A stretch of 64,000 nt of DNA from Leidyana gryllorum EB-2025a (Eukaryota > Protista > Apicomplexa). Both the position numbers and the translations under genes were made by a program. A model generated the notes under the pieces. It searched no databases. It worked only from the letters and a program-made list of their open reading frames with translations, and was not told the origin of the DNA. The stretch covers positions 1 to 64,000 of the forward strand of contig JBLWGC010000216.1 in NCBI GenBank assembly GCA_048772705.1, read 5' to 3'. Shown in pieces: positions 44,064 through 57,562 of the stretch (its first letter is position 1; the number at the start of each line of letters is the position of its first letter).

Positions 44064-46328
44064 TCATGCCGACACCGTACTCAGCATTGAATGTCCTTTG
44101 TCCAAACTAAATCGCTCAACATCAGTCGCAGCCACAGTTGCAGCAACCAGCGCGAGCCCCAGCCCCTGAGGGTCGTTCGCTCCTATGATATCGACGCCCG
44201 GGTTCCGACCCCGTCTCGAGGCTCCTCCAATTTGGCTTCCATCACGCACCCCCTCAGCCAGCCAATACCTCAACCTTTCTCGGAACGTCTCGCATCGCCC
44301 ATAAAGTGACCCTCCGATAACAAATCCGAAACGTCGCGCCCGCACTCGATGCTGCAATAACATAGATTGTGCCATGGAGGCTCGTAAGTGACCAGTGTGC
44401 TTGGCTATGCCAATCATCGTGGCCGCTGTCATAGCCGCAGCTCGATCCACCACCGCCCAACAGCACTTTGACACCAGCTCTGTATCTCTGCATTGGACAT
44501 CTCCTCAAATGCACAAACCTCCCGGTCCGAATCCCACTTACGTTCCTGGAGCCGATCGTTTCCGGCCCGTGCGGTCTTCAAGCCCAGAGGACATGACGCT
44601 GTAAGGCAAACAGATTTCTCCTGTCCGGTCGCTTTCTCTTTCACTTACTCTGCGATCGCTGGCATGCGACCCCAAGCGTCCACTATCACTCGCCGCGTCT
44701 CGTCTTTCCCAACAGAACTGTCATCAGCTATGTCAATGACGTTCAGCGCGGTCAGTGATCCCTCTTGCCTGCCCGGACACACATTCCCCCATTTTCCCAT
44801 AGTTGGATCTCACCAGGCAGCAGACGGACATTTATCTTGCAAAACTTGCACCAGCAATCGTCGAGCTACTTCGCCCATATACCCCATTGCGGTCATCTTC
44901 TCCAGTAAATTTCGCCCCTGCGTCTGGGGGCGGGAGAAATCCAATTCGTAATCTATGGCTGTGAGGGGCAACCCACGATTCAGGTTGCCGCACTCCAAGT
45001 CAATAACAGCGCCCTCAAACCCATAATGGGCTTGGGCGTGGGCCTCATAGTAACAAGCATTCATTCCTGCTCCCACTACAACTCCCAGCAAACATTCGCG
45101 GTGAACTTGTCTCTCAGCACCTGAGTGAGAGGCGTAGTCAAAGGCCGCATGATACAATGCAGCAACCTGGAAACCATAAGAATTTATGTTGATAGCTGGA
45201 AGGCGAAACACCACACACGATCGAGCACACACTACTAGTGGCAGAGACACGATGAGTAGATTACCGTTTCATTACTGTAAGCAACAACACGAGCTGGGGT
45301 ATTGGTTCTCGAGATCGCAGCTGACAGTGCAGCACAAACATCACAACCTTCTATGGGATCTTCTGGTGTCGCTCGACCAGCTTTCATGGCCCCAGTCCAT
45401 TCGACTAGAACTGCTGAGGTCAGTGATCGTTGTAATATAGGAAAGGCAAAGGAGAGACAGACAGGAAATAGTTCGAACGCCTGCCTCTCAAAGTGTCGTT
45501 CGACATCGTCATGCTCCAGCATCATTTGCTGTAACCATTTGACTATATAGTCGAAGAACAAAGTTTGGGAGACCGACTCTTCGAGGAGTCCAAGTGGTCC
45601 CAGACGCCATTCCCGATCATAGACGACGGATGAGCGTCGATCTTGTCGTAGATCAGCTCGAGTGATACGCACACGAACTGCATCCACATGGATAGCATAA
45701 GTAATCTGATGAGAGAGCTGTGGCTGAGGGGAATTTGTGTTCTTACCCCTTTCTCACAGCCGAGAGGGAGGTGTTTGAGAAAGGTATCTATCATTCTGAA
45801 GCTCGAGATGGAGGGCAGCCACACATTGGGGTGGTGTACGTTGGCTTGTAACCCCCGTGTAATTTCATCTTGCACTGCCATTGTCAAACTACGGAACGCC
45901 TCAATGCTAAGTTTGAATGGAGCCACTTGAACCTGAGTACATACAGCCAAGAGGATTCTCTATGATCCACCCAATAGTCATTTACCCACAGGCAATCGGT
46001 CCCACACAGTTTCGCGAGACACACGCAGTGTATCTTTGATACCTTGTATTTTACGGCGGGCGATCATCTCATCGAAGTCTTCCACCAAGAAATATGCTGT
46101 GCAGCGGAAGACTCAGTCTCTTCGCCCCTCGAAATCGATGAACTCACAGTAATCGTCATGCGTGCCATCGTCATCAACCAAGTTGATTTTGTGTGGAGTT
46201 GAGGAAGGCGATCTGCTATTGGACGCTTTGTTACTCACTCGCGATCGGTCCAGAGTAATTGGAGGCAAATTGGGTGACGCTGTGCCAATCGGCAATACGG
46301 TGCCTCGCAAAGCCCCCAAGTGACTCAT
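44064..46328 (-). CDS. Divergent hexokinase-like protein (multi-exon)
   Basis: LPLGCEKG, FAFP..Q......LVEWT, NETV, GVVVGAGMNACYYE, LEKMT.MGYMGE, GGSLY and GLGLALVAA. Start exon tentative. Confidence 0.75.
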
Positions 46329-46416
46329 TGCCCAAAATCAAATAAACCACCATTCCCATATGTATGTATAAGATGTTCCTTTACCCACCCCAAAAAAGTT
46401 TTTTTCACCAGCCACC

Positions 46417-47304
46417 ATGGCAGAGACGGAAGTGGATCTCTGGAGTCAACCACAATTCACTCAGGTAACCTAAACATTGTCAAAACTTACGCTTTTCCAA
46501 AACTCAAACAGAAGGATAACCCTAATGGCTTGCTGGAAGAATCATCCTTCAAGATTATGTATCCCGACTATAGGGGCAAATATCTTCAAGAAGTATGGCC
46601 CCGCATCAAAGAGTTCCTCAAAAATGTCAACCTCAAATGTGACCTCGACGTCGTCAACAAAACCATGGAGGTCTCCACCACAGCCAAGACATACGACCCT
46701 TTCGCCATCATAAAAGGTCGTGATGTTCTCAGACTCCTCGCCAGAAGTGTACCCCTTCATCAAGCCAAAAGAATCCTCGACAGTAAGCCACTCCTCTTCG
46801 TGCCCCTCGTCCCATCACTAGTTTCCTTCAGATGACACATTCTGTGAGATTGTCAAGATCGGTGGCACTGTTCGGAACAAAGAGCGGTTCGCTCGACGCC
46901 GTCAGAGGCTCGTCGGCCCAAACGGTTCAACGCTTAAGGTCATTGAGCTCCTCACAAACTGCTATGTTTGTGTGTCAGGTCAGACTGTGGCGGTTATAGG
47001 TCCTTGGCAGGGGGTCAAAACTGCTCGCAAGATCATTCTCGATTGTATGAACAACATACATCCAGTATATAACCTCAAAACCTTGATGGTCCGGAAAGAA
47101 CTCAAAAACCGGGAGGATCTCAAGGAACAGGATTGGGCCAACTATGTCCCGCATTACAAGAAGACCAATCAACGCAAGCGCAAACGCACCATGGGGGGCA
47201 AGCCCGATCAAGTCCCAAGCAAAGGGAAGGATACTCCTGCGGCCTCTAAGGGACAGGAGGGCTCCACCAAAAAGGTCAAGAAGACGGGAGGAAAGAAGAA
47301 TTAG
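46417..47304 (+). CDS. KRR1: KRR1 small-subunit processome component (2 introns)
   Basis: LLEESSF...P.YR.KYL, TYDPFAIIKGRD, RRQRLVGPNGSTLK and MNNIHPVYNLK. Confidence 0.93.
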
Positions 47305-47392
47305 GCATATGAACGGTGGTTGGTTAATCACGGAGACACGCACAAACGTTGGCCGGCAGCACACACTCGATAATGAAGGTCAAAGATCAACC

Positions 47393-50300
47393 TCAGTTAC
47401 GGATAAGGGTCTGCAGGTGCTCCAAACGGCCTCCATTCTTCAACCATTCCATGCCTTGCTCTTGATTCATGAAACTTTCGACAGCTGCGAGCATCACAGG
47501 GCTTCTGTTGGAAAGTTCAGGAACGACATCGTTCTCCCACACCGACGCCGCAAAAGTGGTGTCATGTGAGAGCATGTATCCCATACACTCGCCAGCGATG
47601 TCTGTGGCCTCAGTAGTTCCATCTTCGTCTTTGACAGTCAAGAGGTTTCGCCACATCAAGTCTCGTGAGGCCGGTTGTACCTCCTTCAAGGCAACTTCTG
47701 ACACTCCAAGAACAACTTTGAGAACTTCCAATCGGTTAGGCGTGCCCTGATATGGTGTATATATACTGCTGAACCAACAAACTTAGCTTACCTGGACACT
47801 CTTGGATAGTTCTCGCAATAGCAGGTCTACTCTTGGACCAGCGAACCCAGCCAGCTTGATGAGTGCATTGGCGGCAAGTTCTCGCACTGGCACCGAGGAG
47901 GGCTCCGCCAGGCAGCGCACGAATGTCGACTGCAATTGCGGCACTAGGGCTCGGAGTGATGCGCCTGAGCGCTCGAGCATGGCTATCAAGGCTTCCAACA
48001 CAGCCACTTTGACCTCAGGGGGTACGCGTTCAGCGAAAACGCGAATGAGAGGTCCTGCAGCCTTGATGGCGGTACCTGCCAACACCTGTGGGTCGGCACT
48101 CCGCACCAAAATGACAATGCTGTTGGCAGCGTGCAGGCGGACTGGCACGCTGCCATGCAATAGACTTCCGTGCAGTGTGGCGAGGATGGCCTCAAAGACT
48201 GGCTTCCGCTTGCAGCCGGGCAATTGAATGACCGGCATGACCTGCTCTGTGCTTTCAGTACCACAGAGTAAGGTTTGGAGAATACCAAAGACCTGTGAGA
48301 GAGAAGCGTTAGATGCGGATGAGGTACGCCTCCTACTTACCGGACGTCCGATAGCTGCCTGTATGTCGCGTGGAAGCATCTTGGTGAAGGCTATAACAGC
48401 AGATGCTGCACATTCTTGTACTTCTGGATCAAGTTCTGACAGGGCCAGATCGAGCATGTCTTTAGCGAGAGCGTCGATTGACGGCTTGATGCTCTCGACA
48501 CTGTTGATCTGTTGGTGATAGGTGAAGAGCGCGAGGGCAATAAGCGAAGCGAAGGCGCGGTGAATAGCATTGTTTTCGGCACCATCGTCCTCGTCCACCT
48601 TAAGTTCGCCCGTCTCAACACTCTGAATTAGCCATTGTGAGTCCAACGAGTAATCTTCCCGTTCTTCCCGCAGCGCCCGGATGCAATCTGCTTTACAGGA
48701 AATTAGCGCTTCATGTTTAGCAAGCCGTTCACTGATCGATGCGACAACCTCATAGGCATACATCTCGGGTAGTGTGGTGATGAGTTTGACGGCAGCTTCG
48801 ACGATCTCGGTTCGAACGGTGGCCATATCGGCATCGGTGCAGCCGTGGTTCCGCGTCCAAGCGTTCTGATAAGCTCGTAGCATCACACTAGTGGCGAGAT
48901 CCCAGTACTGACGAACCACGTCGGGAGCGCACACCCCGATGCTTCCAGCGAGTTTCAGTTTGCTGAGCTCGACAGGTTCTTTCAGACATCTCTGGAGTAC
49001 TTGAGCGGGGAGCATCGAACCAGAAGGTGCGTCAGGTCCGGCTTGACTCTGTAGGAAGACTTCGAGTGTCTTCAGTACACCGAGACGGCGGTCGCTGAAG
49101 CCACCAATAGACCAGGTGGGAGGCGAGAAGTACTCGTCCAGGAATGGATCGATGAACTTTTTGGCGCCGCCTTTGTCGGCGGCAGCGGCAGCGGAGGATC
49201 TGGAAGAGGACTGCTGTTGTTGTTCCTCGGATTTGGCCAGAAGGGTGACAACATTGACGATCTGTTTCCGGATTTCTGGATCCTGAGTCTTCTTGAGAGC
49301 GTCTGTGATGAGCGGAGTGAGTTGACTGGTATAGTTTTTGAGTTGCGCTCTCGGAGCAGAGGCGATGATAGCCTGCAACCCGATGAAGACACCGCGAGAA
49401 CTTGTGGGTGAGGCGTTGGCCAGTCCACCGGAAGAGAGAGGCCCGTCATCCATATTGTTCTTCTTGTCTGATCCCTTGAGACTGGTGAGGAAGATGTTCA
49501 TGAGCTCAGGCATAAGGCGTTCGCCATGTTTGATGATGAGTTCTTCCATACACTTGCTGGCAATGGTCTCTTTGATAACATCTTCTGAAGCCAACAGGTC
49601 GACCAGACGCTTTGTAAGGATAGGCAGAAGCTCTCTGACGGTTTTCGGAGTGTTCTGGACGACGGTCTTCCAGACGCTGGCTGCTGTGTGGCGGACTTCG
49701 ATCTCTTCATCCGAACGAGCCAGGAAGAGGGCCGAGAGAATGTAGGCACGGCGTTCCAGACTGAGGATCTCCAGTTGCATCAACTGACCACCTTCGGCAG
49801 TGGAGTCTTCGACACCCTTAAGAATTTTCTCGACCAGAGCACCCAAAAGATTGACAGCACGAAGTCGGACCTCAATGTTCTCATTAAAGAGAGCGTTCTC
49901 AAGTGGCTGTAGGAGAAGAGGCGTGTGGGTACTTCCATATTGCGACACGAAGATTTGACTCGCTCTGTAGGCGATGTCGCGAACAGGTTCCTCTTCGCTG
50001 GCGAGTCCAGCCAGGAGGACAGGGAGGACTTGGGGGACGAATTCCTCGAACTGCTCTTTGAAGATGAGAGGCATGTAGACAAAGAGACCGAGGAATCCTT
50101 CCCGAATGTTGGGATCGGAGTTGGTATGTGCCTGTTTGAGCATGTCTGGGAGGTGTTGACCCAATGTTTCTTTGCCCAGGGCAAAGAAGATCTCGATGAG
50201 AGCATTGGCACATCCACTACGCTCGACCGAAGAGCCAGTCGGGGACTTGAGTTGCTTGATGAGCCACGGGATGAGGTCTTGGTAGACACAGTGTCCCAAG

Positions 50301-53300
50301 TCGTTGGTGAGCAGGCCGAGACATTTCGAGGTGATTTGTCTCACTTCGGGCAGAGGATCGCTCAGGTTGTTCTTGAGCTCCTGCAGAATGCCGTTTGTGG
50401 AGGTCGAACCTGCCGATGGACCCGTGATGTAAGGCGACAGCGTCTCCTTGGGAGTCTTGACCAGATGACTGAGGACCGCCAAGACTTGAGTTCCGCGGAG
50501 TCTGATCTCAGATCGGGTGGCACCCAAAGACTTTTGTATAACAGGCAGCAGGAAAGACAACGCACTGCCGTCCAGACAGTACTCAAAGTCGATAGCCAAC
50601 AATTTGTCGAAGAACATTTCGATGTTCTTGTCACGGCCATCCACCAAACACAGCAGCAGAGGCTCCATAATCTCTTTGAGCTCGGGACTGTTGATGACTT
50701 GACCCAACAAGTTCAATCCATGGGTCGCCATTGCCTTTACCTCCTTGTGACTGTCGTGACAAGCTTCACAGAGTACCGGAAGTACTTGGGTGAGGACTGC
50801 CGCGAGGTGAGTGGGACTCACCGCAGCAACTCCACTGAGAAGTTCCAACGCTCCCACTTTTGTTCGCCAATTGGGATCTCTGGAACTCTTGATGAGCTCA
50901 GGGAGCACCAATCGCAATCCATGGCCACTCAGCAGACTCATCAACTTTCGGCTGACAATACCAGCGGCTTCCCGGACTACATTCTGCAAATCACTCAGCC
51001 CAGTGAGAAGGATCGGCAGAATTTGCACCGCCAACGGCTCTACCAGCCGTCCCAGCGCCTCCATGACGGCTTCGAAGCAGAGGAAACCGCCATGACGCGC
51101 CCAAACCTCCTTACGAGTGCGCACCTGCTCACTCAAAAACTCGATAACCTGATGTTCTTTCAGGAAGGTGAGACCCGACGAGCTTTTGATGAGAGCTGCC
51201 AGACCGATGGCACCGCCAACTCGTACCTTTACATCGCGCTCGTTCAGAGCCGACGCCATGTACTCGTCATATAGCTTCTGCTTGTCATAGTCCAGACTAC
51301 CCTTACCACCGGAGGCAGGGGACCGGGCCAGCATCACAGCGAATACAGAGGCGATGGCTTTGCCAATGGCTCTCTTGACGGTCAATGATGAAGACGGAGC
51401 TATCAAATGCGTTTTGAATGTCTCATAAACACTCGCGACCACTTGATCGTCTTGGTGACTCGGCAAATGTTTGATCTGAGCTCCGATCATCAGAGCAATG
51501 ACACAAACTCTGGCATCGGCAGCAACTCTATATTTCTGTAATGCGCCAGCGCTGCTGTTCTTCGCCATTGCGGCTACCAACATGTTCAGTATACGCTTGG
51601 CTTGGGACTTGTTCGAGTTTGCCACCGTAACGCCGAGTATCTCAATGTCTTCTTGGACGATAGGATCAATCCATCCTCCACTTAACGCGTCCTCAGTGAT
51701 GAAAGAGGTAATGCTTTCGAGCACTTCAATGTCGGGATTCTGTTGTGATTGTTGAACGAACGCCTGCATCGTCAACACACACCCAGATCGGCCAAAATGC
51801 CACGGAGTATCGTCGATCTTCTCCCCTTCATCCTTGTTGGCGGCTTGCAGACGAGCCAAATCCTCTTGTTTCAGAGCGAAACCCTCGAATTGATCGGCCA
51901 TGCTCACTTCTTTGCTCTTGACCACAAAGTCTTCCAGATAAGCTTTCTTCAACTTAGCCAACGTCGCCAAGGCTTGCTTCGATTTCTTGCTGGCCAATGC
52001 TCTGCCAGCGATCTTTCGGCACACTGCGGAACGACTCGCCAACAATGGGACAAGATCGTCTTCTGCTGAGGCCGAAGCTATCCAAGTCTGAATGCTCGGC
52101 CACTGAATAATGTCCGCAGCCAGCTGTTGAGACTGTTCATCACTATCGCCCTTGGCAATCGCATAGAGCCTCGCTGCGAAACACGGCTGCCCCGCTTCCT
52201 TCTTCCACTCTTCTTTGAACGAACTATGGATGATAGTCACCACAGATCTTCTGAATTTTGTGTTATCATTCTCCGTAAACGTGGCAATCTCAGTCAGACT
52301 CTCGGGTGTTCCGAAGTCTGACAGAGCTGGAACTGTCTCCAATATCGCCGAACAGAGGGGTAACAAAGAGGGACGCAAGTTCACAACTGCCCGCACGCAG
52401 TCCATCACTGTACTGGGACGCAGCTGAGCCCCGAGCTTCAGTTGGTGACGAAGCACAGAGGTCGCGCGATGTACTGCAACCAAACTCACAGAGCCTTCGG
52501 CCTTCAAGAATCCCAAAATCACAGGTAAGACGAAGGCTGAGGCCTCGGCGTCCAGAGGATGGGCTTCAGACAGACTCGTGCAGATGGTTTCTGCCATCTG
52601 AGTTGCGAAACGCTCGTCCTCCAACGCCAAAGCTTTGAGACACGGAGCAATGAGACGACGCTCCGGAACCACCTTGATGTCCACATAAGTTTGAACCAGT
52701 GCCGTCAAGGCAATCTCGGCACCGAGAGCACTCAAACTGCAGGTTGAAGCTTTCATAAGACGAGGCACCAGATCAGGGAGAATTGTCGCCAACGCTACGG
52801 GCCATGCCCAAGCGGCCACACGAATACCTTGACACGCCAACAGTGTACAGTTGACGGCCTTCTTCTTCTGCTCTGCCACGGTCTCTTCCACCACGGCAGT
52901 GTCAGCCTGTGCACCCGACTTGCCAGTCGTCACCGGCTCATTCGAACCAGACGGAGTCGTCGAAGCATCCACCTTCTTAACTGCTGTCTTCTGAGACAGC
53001 AGCAACCGGGCAGCAGCTGCTGAAACTTTTGGTTTGGCCGAAGCTTTCGATGCAGCTTTCGGTTTAGCGGAAGTAGCAGCAGTCGAAGCCGACTTGTTTG
53101 TGCCTGCCGCTGACTTCGGGGCCGCGGTGCTTCCAGCGGGGATTACGACGTCTCGTTTCTTCTCCAGCGCTAACAATTTGTCCATATCGAGCTGCGCAAG
53201 GACGACATCCCGATAAAATGCTTCCACGTGATCCTGCCACTTATGCAACACATCAGTATCCGCTTCATCGCTGCGATCGGCCCATTGTCTCAACATCTCG

Positions 53301-55711
53301 TAGTTCAGTGCTTTGCAGTACGGAATGTACTCAGCATTGAAGGAGTTGGCTGAAGCGAAGGCTTCGTTGAAACGTGTGCACACACGCAACGAGGTGTTCG
53401 GGTCGACGGAGGGCAACGTCCACACGGGGTGATTTTTGCCCTTTGCAGCCGCCCGCCAAACCGGAACGATATCGGACCAGAACCAACGATAAGCAGATTT
53501 GGTCCCTGAGTTCAAGTTGGGGTGAAGTGCCATCAATATGAGCTCGTGAAGTTTGCTCAGATCGCTGCCGCACAAGTCATTAACAGACCCATATTCGCGA
53601 GATGACACCTTGAGACCGGCGTGGATAAGGCTGCTGAAAACAGAGCGATACGCGGGTGCGTTTCCAACCGTAAATCCAATAGCCGAAGAGATGATTACGC
53701 CGGACAGCGCGTCTAGAAGCGACAAAGTTACCCGTCGGGACAACGAGAATTTCTTTCTCAGCTGTTCCAAGCGGTCGCTGTGCTCCAAAGACATCTTACC
53801 CGCACAGACTGTTTCCAACGCAATCAAGAAGCAGACTGCTGCGGTAAAGAAGTGTTGATTGGGATCCCGAGGGCCGCTCTGAGACTCGAGTAACGAGGGC
53901 GTGTCGCTCTTGGGGAGGAGAGATTCCTCACCGAGAACAACGAGAATTGATTGCAGAGCAGCAAATCCGGCTAATGCCCTCTCCACGGTCACATCATGTG
54001 AAGCCAGAATGTGACTGCCAGCGGAGTTGAGAAGTTTCTTGATCTGTGCATCGTCGCTGAACGGGGATACGACCGCGTTTTTGAGGGCAGGTGACCCAAG
54101 CCGACTTGCAGTCATCAGAGCTTCCCAAGCAGTGGCAACTTGAACACGAGAGGTCGGTTTATTGACTGCAGCTCCCAGTTGGGGGATGAGCCACTTCTTG
54201 ACCTCTGGCAGGAAGACCTTTTCCAGAGCTTCTGGAGCTACACCATGTGGGTATTTGGCAAGCGACTCGAAACACTGACGCAGTCCGTGAGATTTGGCGT
54301 TGGGGGCCTTCTCCCAGGTGGGCAGCCACGAACCGGCAAACACATCCTGAACTTGAGCGAAGAAACGACCAACGATAATCGACTGAACATCTATGATCAT
54401 TCGGCGAATGTCTTCGTTCGACTCCTTCTGCCCGAGGGTTGTCAGCAATTGAATGCATTTGTCACCGGGTTTTACACCCATTTGCATCACCAATAAACTG
54501 ATAGCTCCTCTGGCACCTTCCAGCTGTGCTGTTCGAGGGACGACTTGCACAGCCTTGGAGGCGCAGGTGAGCAACTTTTCCGCCGCGTCGGATATTAGCT
54601 TACTCTCACCCCGAAGACTCGCTTGCCGCAAGATACTTTTGAGCGTTATGATAGCTGATGTTACTCGAGGATCTTCCTTGGTACACCCTTCAACAACTGT
54701 CAGCACTGTGCCGAGAACTTCACCGAACATGAATTCATGGGGCAGACTTTGCCCAACAACGTCGCATAATCCAAAGGGACCGAGCACTTCGATAGCCTGT
54801 GTCTGACCCCTTTTCAGGGCCCGTGTGGCCAACGGCATGTAGTGACTCTCAATTTGCTCTTTGGTGACTTTTCTGAGCAATGGCTGCAGGATGCGAATGA
54901 CGGACGCTCCTTTATCAGCTTTCTCAAGCATCAATTCCCCGGACTGAGTGAGGGCTTTGGTTGTATCGTCACAAGCTACAGCAAGGAGGGCGCGGTACTC
55001 GGCTGGTGTATTGGCGCTGTAGAGAAGCTCGTAGAGCGGACTAGTGGCACATTGCGTCAGCGCCACTCTGGCAACTTCTCGAGCAAACTTGCGGTGCATC
55101 CCACCAGACGCACGGGGCCAAATCGTACTGAGCGTGTTGAGAACTGAAGTCAGAGTTTGCTTCAAGTCAGACGTCAAGGGTGACGAGCTTGTGGTATCCT
55201 CCAACAGAGTTCTGGACGTAGCGACTAAAGACTTCAGACCGCAAAATCCAGCCAATTGTATGAAGAACGGGCGGATGAGCAAATGGTACGCATCTGAGGA
55301 ACTCAATGACATGTTGTTAAAGGCCGAAACCTCCTTCAACCAAGCGTCGCGTGCCACTTCAGACCGAGCCCCCAGAATACCTGAGGCCAAGTAGCACCGC
55401 CGCAGGGACTCCGTGTAGTCCGTCAATGTAGAGTCTCCTCGCGTAGCCTCCGGTAGACGTCTTGCTAGCGATCGGTCATGGTCCCGCAGGGTCAACCGAG
55501 ATGCTAAACCACCTCCGAGTACGCGGAAGAGGTCAGCGGCAGCTTCTGGGGATACAGACTCCGTTGAGCGAATGGCTTCTTCCAGGTCTTGTGTTGCATT
55601 AGTGACAGCAGTGGGAGTAACGACTCCCTGGTGGCCATTTATTGACCAGAAGTCTAATGTTTGGGTCAAGGTCTCGATAGCTTGGGCTATCCGTTCATCC
55701 TCGGCGCCCAT
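47393..55711 (-). CDS. GCN1: GCN1 translational activator (HEAT repeats)
   Basis: WRTKVGALELL, DPLPEVR, SSVERSG, VWKTVVQNTPKTVRELLP and LVPQLQSTF. About 2700 aa. Confidence 0.9.
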
Positions 55712-55760
55712 CGCACCGCTTCGTACGTCCAACTCTTTTCTGGTTCATTTTGACTTTTTG

Positions 55761-57508
55761 TCAAGACCAGGCCTCAGCAGATCGGCTCCGTTCGCGCACT
55801 GAATGGCGTGCATAGGTCATATACCCTGGGGGTGTGACCCCCAACATTGAACTTGGGACAAAAAACCCACCCCCGCCACTCATCTGTCCGTCTGTGGTGA
55901 TACGTTGACTAGTCATATCTGTTTCCTCTATGCTGTCTCCTGCCCCGCTGTCTAATCGGCCTTGCTGGGTCTGAGTACAAGCGCGGGCTCTGGAATGTTC
56001 ATGGCTAGAGTCAGGTTGTGCTGGAATGAATTTGAAGCGTGCCAGGACCATGGAGACACACGTTATGGCGACTATGAGAAGCCCTGCCCATAGGCCAACG
56101 CGGGCTTCTCGCGGGATCTTAGAGGCGGACCACCAGGACACACTCTTGCCCAGCGCTCGAATGCCAACAAAGAGAGCACACGCGTGTGGCAGCGAGTGCA
56201 AAGGGCATAGCTGGCTGTAAAGCCACAGCACTGCACCACCAGACATTGATGTTGAGAAGTAACGGCTACGTGACACTCACCAGCGAGGAAGGCTAAGATG
56301 CTGAAGGCAGTACACAGAGCAGTGGGGGCTGAGACAGCTATGAGTCGAATGTAGTCTATTCTGTGTAGACTGGTGGATTGGATGAGATCGGGTTCGCCTA
56401 ATTCTAGTGCATCTAGATAGACGACACTGAGAGTGAAAGCAGCGAGGGCGCTGAATACGATGAGGAGCGTCATAAAGATGTGTGCAATTCGGTTCAAACT
56501 TGCTCGACCAATGCATTCATTGGTGACCATACTGATGAGACCAGCCACTTGAGCTGTGAGGAAGGTGACCAGCCAGTACGTCAAGGATCGGATGATGGCT
56601 TGGACAGTAGTGCTACTGAAAGCATGTTGCTCCATGACGTCAGTGGTGAGGCTATAGCTCCATTGCGATACTAAGAAGAGGGGTATGAGAAGAAGGAAGT
56701 TGGGGTCAGTGTATGCAGAGAAGAGGGTTTTGATTTCTTCCAAGAAGCTGAATTTGGCAGCTTGTCCAAGACGATGGCCCAGTTCGTGGACATCACTGAT
56801 ACTCTCGTCTTCGAGTTCAACGTAGGGCAGCTTTCCCGGCAGGCTGATGAAAGACAGGGCTCCGCCAATGAGCATTAGGGTGGGACTACCCAAAAGCAAA
56901 AGTTCGCCGGGCGAAGTCGACAAGTCCCAAGCGAGATCGCTCAAGAGACACGAGGTTCCTATCTCGAGTACGAGTCCAATAGCGCTATAGATAGAGAGAA
57001 AGTTGACCGCCGGCTTGAGGCTGGGGTTGACGACCATGGAAGAGATTGTAGCAGCCGAGACTGTGGTCCAGAGACACGCGTTGCCCATACCCGCCAGACA
57101 TATGCCGATGGGAAGCAACTTGACATCCCACTCGAGCTCGACTATTCCACATACGAACACGCTAAAGGACACAAGTCCAACGACACCACACAGAGCTGTA
57201 GCTCGCAGGCCACTGGAGCTGAGCAGGAGACCCCCGATGGGTTTGCTGAGAAAGGTGGCGAGGCCAAGGATGAGGGCGCCGTGTCCACCAGCGGTGTCTT
57301 TGTTATTGTTGAAGAAGAGGTGGCGGTATACCACATCACACGTAGCACTAGTTAGGCCAAGAGTGAGACCTACAGCCCAGAAATTGACAGGAAAATCTTC
57401 AAAGTCTTCGGGTTCGGAAGTTTGCTCGCGACCTCCGCTTGTGCCTGGACCCGAAGTAGAGGGTTCCGGCATGTGTACGGGGAACGCAGCGTCGCTCGCA
57501 TATGACAT
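55761..57508 (-). CDS. UNC-93-like/MFS membrane protein (one intron)
   Basis: About 11-12 hydrophobic segments, with GMGNACLWT and LLLIPLF motifs. Confidence 0.7.
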
Positions 57509-57562
57509 TGTTGACAATACCTTTTCCTCACGTGGCCGGTCCTTGAAATTTTTGGCCAAGAC

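Noticed and set aside
49925-51274. 449-aa plus-strand ORF
   Set aside because: Antisense shadow of GCN1 with no motifs.
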